Origin: Planctomycetota bacterium
GTDB lineage: Bacteria; Planctomycetota; Phycisphaerae; WQYP01
Assembly (NCBI GenBank): GCA_021800165.1
Contig: JAJYZF010000010.1
Span: 2,194 to 66,193 of the forward strand
Direction of reading: 5' to 3'
DNA length: 64,000 nt
The position numbers and the translations under genes were made by a program. Each line of letters opens with the position of its first letter. The stretch's first letter is position 1. Under the pieces are notes generated by a model. It was not told where the DNA came from, did no database searches, and saw only the letters and a list, made by a program, of their open reading frames with translations. Shown here in pieces: positions 1 through 8,896 of the stretch.

Positions 1-100
1 CCACAGGGTGGCGAAATATTGCCCGGCCAGCGCGAGGCGAGTATGGATGTGGTGAGGGGGGCCTACGAGGTGGCGAAGGAAATAAAGGAGTTCACAGGCC

Positions 101-1246
101 ATGGTGAATGAGCCTCTTCGGCCGCCGCCTTTGCCGGCCCGGGCCGTCTGCCTGGCGGCATTGGTCACCGCCTGCGCCGTCCCATTTTGCAAGGGCGCGA
201 GTCGCGCCACCAGCCTCCCGGAGCGACTACGGCTCGAGCGATACGCCCGCGTGGCGGGTTTGGTTGTCCTCCAAGCGAGGCCGAGCCACCCCCTGATGGT
301 CATGCGAGATGGCGTGGTGGGCCGCCTCGACCTTAAGACGATGAGGGTCCTGCACGGGGTGGGCACGGCGTACAGCAACGTCGTTTTAAGGCACCCAGGG
401 CATCGGCCACGGACGGTGAAAATTTTTTGCACGCACCCAGCGTTCTCCCCCAGCGGACGAGATTTTGTTGTGCTTGTTTCTGTGGGCCACCAACCGGTAT
501 CGCCGATGGAGCTAAAGCTCCGGACGGCGTGGCAGGTGTGGTCCGTGGCGAGGGGCCGGGCGATCGGAACGCTGAGGGGCCAACTGGTTCCACCTCGCGG
601 GCCGGGGCGCCTGGTTTACACCGACGGCGGTAAAAAACTGGCCGGGTTTGGCGGGGGCAGCCTTTATTTCCTGAATCCGCGTTTGGCGGCCAGGCCGAGG
701 CTGGCGGGGGCTTGGGGAGCCGAGTCATTCCACGTAGTGGGGCTGCGGGCGGAGCCGCGCGGACCCTACCTGTTGGCCAAGTGTGCCCGGCCTGGGCGGG
801 CCGAGGTTTGGGACTCGCGCGACCAACGCAGGGTCGTGATAATTCCGCCGCCTCCCCATGCGTCGTGGAGCCCTTACCCGCCTTGGCATGCCGTAATAAG
901 AGCCAACAGAGTGGCCATTGCCTGGGGCCACCATCTGGCGATCTACCGCGCCAGTACAGGCCTCCAGCTTGCCAGCCTGCGCCTGGGGGGCACCTGTGGC
1001 CGCCTCGCCTTGGCAGCTAGCGGAGGGCGTGCGGCGGTGCTGGTCCGCGCGAACGCCACGTGCGCAAAACTGGAGGTTTTTAATGCCTCAGCGGGTCTGA
1101 CTCGCTGCGCCGAGAGCGATCCGGTACCCGTTGGGCACGTCGCGAGCGTGCGGCTGGCGTGGTGGGGGGCGAATCGAGTCGTGGCCTGCGCCCATGGGTG
1201 GATCAGGATTTGGCGCGTCGCTGGCCGGGCGGCGCGCGACCATTGA
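101..1246 (+). CDS. Hypothetical protein; possibly a lipoprotein or the immunity partner of a toxin cassette lying upstream of the window.
   Basis: Long ORF sits directly upstream of the first conserved inter-cassette element (1283-1373). The N-terminus has a hydrophobic stretch ending in Cys (LAALVTACAVPFC). No recognisable catalytic motif. Confidence 0.3.
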   Translation: MVNEPLRPPPLPARAVCLAALVTACAVPFCKGASRATSLPERLRLERYARVAGLVVLQARPSHPLMVMRDGVVGRLDLKTMRVLHGVGTAYSNVVLRHPGHRPRTVKIFCTHPAFSPSGRDFVVLVSVGHQPVSPMELKLRTAWQVWSVARGRAIGTLRGQLVPPRGPGRLVYTDGGKKLAGFGGGSLYFLNPRLAARPRLAGAWGAESFHVVGLRAEPRGPYLLAKCARPGRAEVWDSRDQRRVVIIPPPPHASWSPYPPWHAVIRANRVAIAWGHHLAIYRASTGLQLASLRLGGTCGRLALAASGGRAAVLVRANATCAKLEVFNASAGLTRCAESDPVPVGHVASVRLAWWGANRVVACAHGWIRIWRVAGRAARDH

Positions 1247-1282
1247 GGCCCCCGCCCGGCCAAACTGGGCCTGCGGAGGTAA

Positions 1283-1373
1283 CAGCTTAACCCTTGCCAA
1301 CAGCCTAAGCCTTGCGCATGGGCGTGGGGATACATGGCGAGCGAGAGTGCACGGATAAGCGTTGGCGGTGGCG
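1283..1373. repeat. Conserved inter-cassette element, copy 1. A second copy lies at 5452-5525.
   Basis: Shared blocks cagcttaRcccttgc ... ggtgcatgaataagcgtYggcgg occur at both places, each about 130-450 bp upstream of an RHS-core cassette start. Confidence 0.6.
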
Positions 1374-1537
1374 TGATCCGACAAAGCCGCTGCCGCCGGC
1401 GACCCGCACGCGAGGCAGGAATTGGCGAGGTTGAATGCTTTGGCTCCGGCACCGGAGAAAAAGAAATAGCAGGCCGACGCGCGGCGGGTGCGGTATCATA
1501 ATAGTCCGCAGTGGTTGAAGCCGGCACCGGGAACGGC

Positions 1538-1543
1538 GATAAT
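1538..1543 (+). promoter_or_regulatory. Putative -10 box (GATAAT) 9 nt upstream of the cassette-1 ATG (1553). Leaderless or near-leaderless arrangement.
   Basis: The same geometry is conserved at cassette 3 (GATAAT 5989-5994, ATG 6004) and cassette 2 (TATAAT 3782-3787, ATG 3797). An in-frame stop (TAG/TAA/TGA) lies about 30-50 nt upstream of each ATG. Confidence 0.4.
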
Positions 1544-1552
1544 AGGTGGCGT

Positions 1553-2848
1553 ATGGTAATGGTCGTTGAAGAATTGAGGAGCCGAGGAGGACGCCCCGCG
1601 GGGCGGAATCGCGTCGCAGCACCAGGCATCCCGGCTGGCACCACCAAATACCTCTATTATTCCAGCCAATGGCAGGTGGTGGAGGAACGCTGGAACGGCA
1701 CGGCCGCGAGTAATGTGCAATACCAGTACGTGTGGAGTGCGGCCTATGTGAACGGCACGGTGCTTCGCGATACCTATCTCGCCGGGGCGGTGCAGCCCGA
1801 TCTGCGGCTCTACACCGCCACCGACGCAAATTACAATGTCACGGCCTTGGTGGGGTACGACCCCGCTACGCAGACTTGGGGCGTGGTGGAGCGGTTTGTT
1901 TATTCGCCGTATGGAACGGTGACGGTGCTATCGCCCGCCTGGACCGTGCAGGCGGATGCGTTCAACTGGCAATATCTATACCAAGGCGGCCGGCAGGACG
2001 CAGCCACCGGCTTGTACCTGTTCCAGCACCGCAACTACAGCCCATCGCTGGGCACATGGACCTCGCAGGATCCATTGCAATATATCAACGGTGCGAACAC
2101 GTATCAGTTTGTGATGGGCAATCCGGTTGGGCGAACCGACCTGTGGGGCGATTTCTGGGGCCTAATGAATTTGATGCAGTACGACGCGCCAGACCCCGCG
2201 AAATTCCTGCCAATCGCCGGGGCGAATTTCCGCATCAACGTCATGGGCAGCAGCAGGAACTCGGTGCACGCCAACATAACGCTCAATCTTCCGGCCTCGG
2301 CGCACAACGGGGCGCTCAAATGCTCCAGGATCAAATTTGTCCAGTTCATCAAGGACGGCATAATATGGAAGACCCTTGGCGAACTTTCGGGGAGCACGAA
2401 TATTGGGGCACGGCCTTGGGAGGTCGACTCCAATTTCCCATTCAACTACCTGGTGGTCGCGAGCATCGGCTCTGGACAGATGTGGCCGTTCTACCCCTAC
2501 CAAACGGTGTGGCACGGTTTGCGGCCGAGTGAAAACAGTGCCTTCATGCACGACACCCCGTCGGCCTCCGGGTGGCTCAGCACTCCGCAGCAGCGCCGCT
2601 TCGAGGCACGCGACGTGGCCATTGTTGACGGTGGCGTTGACGACGGTAGGTACGTGGGCGCAATATATTGGGGCTTTTACATGGATTGGACTGGACGCAC
2701 CTACGAGCGGGTCTGGTGGGGCATGCCACGGCACGTCGCGTCGGGCCCCACGTGGGGTAACATTCTGGCAAACCCCTGGAATAACGGCCCCGCTCCTTGG
2801 CGGTCGCCTCCAGTCGTCCGCGGGCAGGCGGTGCCGCCGCAGGAATGA
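1553..2848 (+). CDS. Standalone RHS repeat-associated core domain protein with a variable C-terminal toxin domain (cassette 1). An alternative GTG start lies at 1511.
   Basis: The Rhs_assc_core signature is readable: YQGGRQDAATGLYLFQHRNYSPSLGTWTSQDPLQYINGANTYQFVMGNPVGRTDLWGD, i.e. RxYxPxxGRW...DP..G...N.Y.Y..NP...DP.G. YD-like repeats lie upstream (YVYSPYGTVTV). A roughly 230-aa unrelated C-terminal extension follows the DPxG-type junction. The N-terminal 200 aa are conserved with cassettes 2 and 3. Confidence 0.7.
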   Translation: MVMVVEELRSRGGRPAGRNRVAAPGIPAGTTKYLYYSSQWQVVEERWNGTAASNVQYQYVWSAAYVNGTVLRDTYLAGAVQPDLRLYTATDANYNVTALVGYDPATQTWGVVERFVYSPYGTVTVLSPAWTVQADAFNWQYLYQGGRQDAATGLYLFQHRNYSPSLGTWTSQDPLQYINGANTYQFVMGNPVGRTDLWGDFWGLMNLMQYDAPDPAKFLPIAGANFRINVMGSSRNSVHANITLNLPASAHNGALKCSRIKFVQFIKDGIIWKTLGELSGSTNIGARPWEVDSNFPFNYLVVASIGSGQMWPFYPYQTVWHGLRPSENSAFMHDTPSASGWLSTPQQRRFEARDVAIVDGGVDDGRYVGAIYWGFYMDWTGRTYERVWWGMPRHVASGPTWGNILANPWNNGPAPWRSPPVVRGQAVPPQE

Positions 2849-2985
2849 AGCGACGGCGCTGAAGCGCCCCGCGGGCGGGCTCGCTGCCCACCTCCGACCT
2901 CCAGCCGCCGCGCTGGGGCCTTCCGGCGGCCACCTGCCAGGCCGGGTTCGGTATCGGTTGAGTCGGAATCGGAGAATATAGGCTG

Positions 2986-3621
2986 ATGCACTGGCTACGG
3001 AAATTCCGGGTGTTCGCGCCCGCGTGTTCGATCGCCATCTTGGTAGGAATCATGGTGGCGCTGCTCCCGCGGGTGCCATCCTCAACGCCATCGGTGACCA
3101 AGGGCACGTTGCGGATCCTGCAGTCGGCATTGGCGCAGTTAAGGCACCGGACGGGCCGGAGGCCGGCCAGCATGTGGCGGTTTTTAAGGGACTACCAGTC
3201 GATGTACGCATACCGCCGCGTGGGCAGATTTGGCTCGGCGTGGCGACAGCGCCCCAACTTGGTAACGAAGCTAACATCCTCCCTGGTCGTGGCGGGGCGT
3301 CTCCCCTCCCCGGACGGGACGAACGACCTACCCGGCGTGGTGGAAGTGCTTGATACGTACGGCTACCCAATTCAGTACATGCCGCCGAGATCAGCGGGTC
3401 CTCCGACCGTATATCCTTACCGGGGTGAACGGCTGCCGTCGTGGGTCCGTAAATCCCGGCCCACCCTTGTGTACGTGCCGAACGGTGCCACCACAGCGAT
3501 GCCGCCCCAATATTCTCATACGCCATACTTTTACAGCTTCGGCCCCGGTGGGCCGCAAGCGCCTGGAACTGTCGGAGGTGCGGCAGGCTATGTTCGCAGC
3601 CGCGAAGGCTCGAACAAGTGA
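2986..3621 (+). CDS. Putative immunity protein for cassette-1 toxin (hypothetical, N-terminal membrane anchor).
   Basis: ORF lies immediately downstream of the toxin-encoding 3' end. N-terminal hydrophobic helix (ACSIAILVGIMVALL). No recognisable homology. Assignment is by position only. Confidence 0.35.
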   Translation: MHWLRKFRVFAPACSIAILVGIMVALLPRVPSSTPSVTKGTLRILQSALAQLRHRTGRRPASMWRFLRDYQSMYAYRRVGRFGSAWRQRPNLVTKLTSSLVVAGRLPSPDGTNDLPGVVEVLDTYGYPIQYMPPRSAGPPTVYPYRGERLPSWVRKSRPTLVYVPNGATTAMPPQYSHTPYFYSFGPGGPQAPGTVGGAAGYVRSREGSNK

Positions 3622-3796
3622 AATGGTCGTAGCGTGGTTTGTGCCAAGGAAAGCCCGTGAAGGGAGAAGGCGATCTGGGCCAGCCGATGCATGCGGCGCG
3701 GACCTTCCAAGGAGGCCCCCCCAGGAGTTCCCAACGGTTGCAGCAGCGAGCTTTAATAGTTGATGGGATGCCGAGCGGGTCTATAATGGGCGTACT

Positions 3797-4744
3797 ATGG
3801 TAGCGTTGAATGAATCAATATCGGCGTCCGGGCCGCGTAGACCATCGCGGTGCTATCGCGTCACAGCGAGTTACCCCCAAGGTGGCAATGGTGTTGCGGC
3901 GGGCACCGTGCAATACACCTACTACGATTCGCAGTGGCAGGCCATCGAAACCCGCACCAACGGCACCGCCGCATCCAATGTAACATCGCAAACCGTCTGG
4001 TCCGCTGCATATATCAATGCCCCGATCCTGCAGGACACCTACAACGCCGGTGTGATCCAGCCGAACAGTCGCCTTTACTTCACGCAAGACGCCAATTGGG
4101 ATACGACCGCCGTAGTCGGTTATAACGCCACCACCGGCACCTGGCAGGTCGTTCAGCGCTATGTCTACAGTCCGTATGGCACGATAACGATATTGAATGC
4201 GGATTGGTCGGCAACGCCGACTGGGACGGCCCCCATCGTGAACAATCTCTATCAAGGCATGACGCTCGATCCCGTAACCGGCCTCTACTACGAACGCGCC
4301 CGCTGGTATTCGCCGAGTCTTGGCACATGGATTAGCCAGGATCCACTTTCCTACATCAACGGCGCGAACACGTATCAGTTTGTAATGAGCAACCCGGTGG
4401 GAGGGGTGGACCCCTCGGGCCGTGTGACGGGCAAAGACGTGCTGACGTGGATGACCGCCACCTACCACGAGGTGCCGGGCGGCGGCGAGTGGGTCGACGC
4501 CGCAGGAATAATTTCCCGAACCCTCAGGCCCTGGATTTACAAGACGGCGCAGAATCGGGCGATCCACGATATGGATCGCTGCCCTGCGAAGGGTACCAAG
4601 GACGACCCGTACTACCACGGCCTCATGAACATGGCACAGGGCCAACCTCTCACGACTACGGAGCACGATGCCCTCCAGCGGCGGCTAAATACGGCCTATC
4701 CGTTCTGGGACGTATTCTGGATGCATGTGTTCGACCTTTTTTAG
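3797..4744 (+). CDS. Standalone RHS-core protein with a short (about 100 aa) C-terminal toxin domain (cassette 2).
   Basis: Core reads YQGMTLDPVTGLYYERARWYSPSLGTWISQDPLSYINGANTYQFVMSNPVGGVDPSGR. The first 30 aa differ from cassettes 1 and 3, after which the sequence is homologous (TVQYTYYDSQWQAIETRTNGTAAS...). TATAAT lies 9 nt upstream of the ATG. Confidence 0.7.
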   Translation: MVALNESISASGPRRPSRCYRVTASYPQGGNGVAAGTVQYTYYDSQWQAIETRTNGTAASNVTSQTVWSAAYINAPILQDTYNAGVIQPNSRLYFTQDANWDTTAVVGYNATTGTWQVVQRYVYSPYGTITILNADWSATPTGTAPIVNNLYQGMTLDPVTGLYYERARWYSPSLGTWISQDPLSYINGANTYQFVMSNPVGGVDPSGRVTGKDVLTWMTATYHEVPGGGEWVDAAGIISRTLRPWIYKTAQNRAIHDMDRCPAKGTKDDPYYHGLMNMAQGQPLTTTEHDALQRRLNTAYPFWDVFWMHVFDLF

Positions 4745-4778
4745 CTGCGGGCGGTGGCGGGGCGGTTTTGTTGCGGTT

Positions 4779-5411
4779 ATGTATAGGCTGTTGAGAATGA
4801 AATTCCTCTGGGTCATGCTTTCGGCCTTTGTCGCGGTCGCGGCCGTCGTCGCCGCCCTGGTGATCGGTGGGGAGGCAGGGCGGCGTGCGGAGCGCCTCCA
4901 TCTCAATATGGAAAGGAACCCAACGGCGGGTCTTCCCGGGTCCGCGCCGTTCCACGGCAGGCTTCGGCCCGGGAGCTATTACGGTGTTTTTTCCGGCGGG
5001 CGCGTTGCCATCATCGTCGGGAAGAATGGGGCGCTCGACGTCACCGGGGACTTTTCTGGCGAGAATAAAAACCTTGGTATGCACGCATTTCTGTTCCGGT
5101 TTCGGCGGTCGGGCGAGTTCGGCGTTCCATTACTCTCGGTGACCACCCGGTGGACGCAGATGGCCGGGCCGCGTCGGAACCGTCTGTACCAGTGGGGGGA
5201 CATCGGCGTTTGCGGCAGGCCCAGCTTCGAGGCGGAGCGGAGGTCCCGGGGCGCGGTGTCGCGCAAGCGATGGTGGCTGCGAGGCCGTTGGGTGGAGGGC
5301 GCTGCGGTGCAGCCGCCTTTCTTGGTTTACAAGGGCCTCCGCTACCGCTACGTCCAGGGGTCGGGGCGTTGGCGATCCCAGCCTGGGCGATCGGGGCGGC
5401 CCGGAAAATGA
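4779..5411 (+). CDS. Putative immunity protein for cassette-2 toxin (hypothetical, N-terminal TM helix).
   Basis: Overlaps the 3' end of the toxin ORF. The N-terminus is hydrophobic (MKFLWVMLSAFVAVAAVVAALVIGG). Start chosen at the ATG at 4779 (MYRLLRMKF...). Assignment is by position only. Confidence 0.35.
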   Translation: MYRLLRMKFLWVMLSAFVAVAAVVAALVIGGEAGRRAERLHLNMERNPTAGLPGSAPFHGRLRPGSYYGVFSGGRVAIIVGKNGALDVTGDFSGENKNLGMHAFLFRFRRSGEFGVPLLSVTTRWTQMAGPRRNRLYQWGDIGVCGRPSFEAERRSRGAVSRKRWWLRGRWVEGAAVQPPFLVYKGLRYRYVQGSGRWRSQPGRSGRPGK

Positions 5412-5835
5412 GGGGTGAAACGGGGGCGAAGCCCACGGGGAGCCAGAATGTAACAGCTTAGCCCTTGCGCGTAGGCATTGAGATAAATGGCAAGTAAGGG
5501 TGCATGAATAAGCGTCGGCGGAGGGGTGATTTGCGCATGTGGATGGCCGTGATAACCCGTTGACCAACGCGTAGCGACCCAGAGAATTATGAAGGGGCTA
5601 ATACGGATAATAAGCGATGATTTGGTGGTTATCCAGCGGCCGCGTAATATGGAATTATGGCGATATTTTTAATACCTTCGGTGCCGTTTGCCCGCCAATC
5701 GGCGGGAAAATCCAGCCTTGGGCGCAGCGGGGGTGCGGATGTCGGGGCCGTATCCTGTGCTTCGCATCTCCGCGAAGGTTCAAGCCGCTTTGCGGACTTG
5801 GATATCAACGATCGGCAGTCGCGCTTCGCCGAGAT

Positions 5836-5857
5836 CAGGTGAGAGTTGAACAGGCGA
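5836..5857. repeat. 22-mer caggtgagagttgaacaggcga; a second copy lies at 8996-9017.
   Basis: Exact 22-nt identity, with further similarity in the flanks (…gcgtggtt). One copy precedes cassette 3 and the other lies at the distal end of the array. Confidence 0.55.
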
Positions 5858-6003
5858 TCAATAGAGCGCAAGGACTTATGCGTGGTTCGGTGGACTCCGT
5901 TGCGTGCGATCTGGATTTGAACGTTTGGCCTATCTCTGGTGCGGTATTATAATCGTCCGCAGCTGTTGGAGCCGGCACCGGGAACGGCGATAATGAGCGG
6001 CGT

Positions 6004-7473
6004 ATGGTAACGGTCGTTGAAGAATTCAGGAGCCGAGGAGGACGCCCCGCGGGGCGGAATCGTGTGGCCGCGCCGGGCATTCCTGCCGACACGACGAATT
6101 ACACCTATTACGATTCGCAGTGGCAGGCCATCGAAACCCGCACCAACGGCACCGCCAGTAGCGACGTAACCTCGCAAACCGTTTGGTCCGCGGCCTGTCC
6201 CGGCGCTGCGGCGCTCACTCGGCCTCCGGCCTCGACGGGATTTCGCGGGGTTGAGCCCGGTGGTGTTGTGGGCAGCGGCCCACACCCGCTCAATATCAAC
6301 GCGGCGGTACTGCAAGACAGCTATTACAACGGTGTGCTGCAGGCAAATCAACGCCTGTACTTCACGCAAGACGCCAATTGGGATACCACCGCCGTAATTG
6401 GCTATAACAGCACGACGCAGACTTGGGGTGTCGTTCAGCGATACGTGTACTCCCCCTATGGCACCATCACCATTTTGAGCCCCGATTTCACCACCGCACC
6501 AACCGGCACGGCTCCCATCGTCAACAATCTCTATCAAGGCATGGCCCTCGATCCCGCCACCGGCCTTTACTACGAACGCGCCCGCGGGTACCGCACCGGC
6601 CAAGCTGGGTTGAGGCAGGAGCCGAAATCCCGATATACCGCAGGAGCGGTTCATCGGGAGATCAGCCAAGACCCATTGCAATACATCAACGGTGCTAATA
6701 CGTATCAGTTTGTGATGGGGGATTCGGTGGAGAATGTGGATCCGACGGGGCTGGCGGAAGCGTATGCCCCAAACTGGGGGGCTGGAGCTGGTCCGTTGAT
6801 CTTTAATTACGAGATGCTAAAAATTAGGGTATGCCCGAATGACCTCTCCAAGGCAATTTCACTCGCCCGGCAGGAAATCGGTGATTTCGGTGAATTCAAC
6901 CAAGGGAACGCCTTTAATGTGGAATTTGTCATGTCCCATCTGCCGCAGGTTTACGCAAGCTTCGGCATCAACAGTTGGCTTCAGTGGGCGCTGAATGTCG
7001 CGGCGGGCAACAACTGGCGGGCACCTGTAGCCCTGATATGGCACTACGCCCCGACCTACCTTGAGGCGGTGACCCAGAATCAGCACCCCTTGGTTGGAAT
7101 TCGCCGGTGGTACGTGATGCCATATTCAAGCGGCGCGTTCCTCGTCCTCACCGAGGCGTACGAGCGTGGTCGTGGCCCGATAAACGCGGCAGCCTTGGCC
7201 AATGAGCTGCCATTGCCGCCGGGGCAAACCAGCCTAAAGGAAACCACCGAGGCTCTCTGGGACAAGGAGCCCGGCAATGTCGCCCAGAGCGTGAAACAGG
7301 ATTTCGGACCGGGAGTGAGTTGGGGCAAGTTCCTCAACCACTGGAAGCCGCTGTCCGGCCTGAGGAACCTCAATAACAACCCTTGGATTAATTCCCTGCC
7401 GCCGTCCGAGGGGCCCGGGGCGGTACCGCCGCCGCCCCCACTGTCGCCAGTTTTCCCACCGGGGCTTCCGTGA
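6004..7473 (+). CDS. Standalone RHS-core protein with an approximately 250-aa C-terminal toxin domain (cassette 3); carries two in-frame repeat-element insertions.
   Basis: N-terminus MVTVVEEFRSRGGRPAGRNRVAAPGIPADTTNYTYYDSQWQ is nearly identical to cassette 1. The core ends in QDPLQYINGANTYQFVMGDSVENVDPTGL. Relative to cassette 2 there are +96 nt (6192-6292) and +48 nt (about 6586-6668) insertions. The second destroys the RWYSPSLGTW motif but keeps the frame. Confidence 0.65.
   Translation: MVTVVEEFRSRGGRPAGRNRVAAPGIPADTTNYTYYDSQWQAIETRTNGTASSDVTSQTVWSAACPGAAALTRPPASTGFRGVEPGGVVGSGPHPLNINAAVLQDSYYNGVLQANQRLYFTQDANWDTTAVIGYNSTTQTWGVVQRYVYSPYGTITILSPDFTTAPTGTAPIVNNLYQGMALDPATGLYYERARGYRTGQAGLRQEPKSRYTAGAVHREISQDPLQYINGANTYQFVMGDSVENVDPTGLAEAYAPNWGAGAGPLIFNYEMLKIRVCPNDLSKAISLARQEIGDFGEFNQGNAFNVEFVMSHLPQVYASFGINSWLQWALNVAAGNNWRAPVALIWHYAPTYLEAVTQNQHPLVGIRRWYVMPYSSGAFLVLTEAYERGRGPINAAALANELPLPPGQTSLKETTEALWDKEPGNVAQSVKQDFGPGVSWGKFLNHWKPLSGLRNLNNNPWINSLPPSEGPGAVPPPPPLSPVFPPGLP
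6192..6292. repeat. In-frame 101-nt insertion (net +96 nt) containing a REP-like element in inverted orientation (…gacgggatttcgcgg…).
   Basis: Absent from the homologous position of cassette 2 (ggtccgcTGCATatatcaa). Shares the cgaaatcccg 10-mer with the repeat-island elements. Confidence 0.5.
6614..6659. repeat. REP-like palindromic element (ggcaggagccgaaatcccgat...catcggga) inserted in-frame in cassette 3.
   Basis: Same family as the five copies in the 9.3-10.5 kb island (gccgaaatcccgatgGcgcaggagcc…catcggga). Carries a CCCGAT/ATCGGG inverted repeat. Confidence 0.6.
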
Positions 7474-7483
7474 GGATGTTTAA

Positions 7484-8896
7484 ATGAGGAGGCTCCCCCC
7501 ATCCGAGGCGGCGCTGTGGTGGCTCGTCGTGGCCACCTCGGTTGGCCTCTTTGCCGCCACGGTCGTACCCGTCCTCCTGTATCTCGGCGCAATTGCCAAC
7601 CCGGCCGTGAGTGGGCTTTTTGCGGTGGCCGAAGGCGCTGCCACGCTGGGGGCGTCGCCCGTAGGAACTTTCCTTCTGCTGGGGACCGCTCTGGTGTGTT
7701 ACACCTCGAGCATCAGCGTCGGCTCGCCGCCCGATTTGATAAGATCGCGGCGCACGCGAGGAGGTGGTGTCCGGTTGGTGGTTCTGGCCGTGCTGCTGCG
7801 GCTGGCGGTTGCGCCCTTTATCGGATTTGGCGGTGCCTACGCTTTTTTGGTTTTCATTCCCTTGGGCGTGCTGGGCATCTGGTTAACTCTTTCGGCCGTC
7901 GTCCTCGCAGCCCGCGGGCTGGTGCGGTGGAGGCGGACATGGGACACCGTCCGTGACGGCGTGGGTTGCGGACCGGGATCGTTCGGCAAACGCCATGTGG
8001 GCTTTGGGGCCGGGTTTTGGCTCGAATCTGCAGTGGCGTGCCTCTGGCTCGTGGCCGCAGCCCACGCCGTTGCAGATCGGCTCGGGGCGGCGGTGCCGTC
8101 GCCTCGCGTCTACGGTTGGGGCGGCGACGCGGGGACGTGTGCTTGGAACAGCGCAATCACTTTTCTGCTGCCCCGCGGGGCGTCTGCCGTTCTTGCAAGC
8201 GGTGCCATATTGATGCTACGGGCTCTGCGGGTGCCGCGAACAAGCGGGGTGGGTCCTGTAGGTGCCCGCCTGCGTTTTTCCCTCATGATGGGCGTTGGGG
8301 TAGCTGCAATACTGGCGTTTTGCGACGTGTTTTACCAAGTGAACGTGAGCTACACACCAGCGTGGATGGCGTGGCGGCTGTGGCTGCTTTGGGAGTTTTA
8401 CACCATTGGAGCGGTGGCATTCCCGGTTTCGTCGGTGGTTGTGCTGCGGGATACCACGGCCGCCGCGCGGTGGATTGGCCGCGGTCTGCCGGCGCAGATG
8501 CATGCTGAGGGTAGCAGGCGGTTGGCCAGTGTACATTTCTGGTCCGCATGCACTTTGGGTATTTATGGGGGGTGGGTTGCCCACGGTGGTGCCTCCCGGC
8601 CCACGGATGAGGCTTTAAGGAAACAGGGAACTTGCTGCTGGCAGTGGGCCGTAATGTGCGTGCTCCTTGTGTTGTGTTTTTTTGGTGTGGTCGGTGGTTT
8701 CTGCGTTGCCATTTGCCTGCTCGCCGCCGCGTTAGTTCCGCCGAGTGGTATCGGCGTGGCGCTGGGCGCGTACGAGACCATCGTCGCCATCGCCTACCTT
8801 TGGATTTTTATAGGGTATTCCGTTCGGGCGTACCGACGGGTACTTGCCGGGGGTGAGCCGGCCTACCCAATGGCCAGGGGTTTCAGGCTGTTTTAG
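7484..8896 (+). CDS. Polytopic membrane protein (about 10-12 predicted TM helices); putative immunity protein of cassette 3.
   Basis: Starts 11 nt after the toxin stop. Highly hydrophobic throughout with no recognisable family. Assignment is by position only. Confidence 0.35.
   Translation: MRRLPPSEAALWWLVVATSVGLFAATVVPVLLYLGAIANPAVSGLFAVAEGAATLGASPVGTFLLLGTALVCYTSSISVGSPPDLIRSRRTRGGGVRLVVLAVLLRLAVAPFIGFGGAYAFLVFIPLGVLGIWLTLSAVVLAARGLVRWRRTWDTVRDGVGCGPGSFGKRHVGFGAGFWLESAVACLWLVAAAHAVADRLGAAVPSPRVYGWGGDAGTCAWNSAITFLLPRGASAVLASGAILMLRALRVPRTSGVGPVGARLRFSLMMGVGVAAILAFCDVFYQVNVSYTPAWMAWRLWLLWEFYTIGAVAFPVSSVVVLRDTTAAARWIGRGLPAQMHAEGSRRLASVHFWSACTLGIYGGWVAHGGASRPTDEALRKQGTCCWQWAVMCVLLVLCFFGVVGGFCVAICLLAAALVPPSGIGVALGAYETIVAIAYLWIFIGYSVRAYRRVLAGGEPAYPMARGFRLF

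Noticed and set aside
5617-5952. 111-aa ORF between immunity gene 2 and cassette 3.
   Set aside because: Falls in the conserved non-coding leader that precedes cassettes 1 and 3. Cys/Gly/Arg-rich with no start signals. Judged spurious.
333-6681. Multiple minus-strand ORFs overlapping the RHS cassettes (e.g. 943-1647, 2162-2734, 2577-3173, 3815-4666, 5947-6681).
   Set aside because: They lie opposite conserved, motif-bearing plus-strand genes and have Arg/Pro/Ala-biased composition typical of antisense frames in high-GC DNA.
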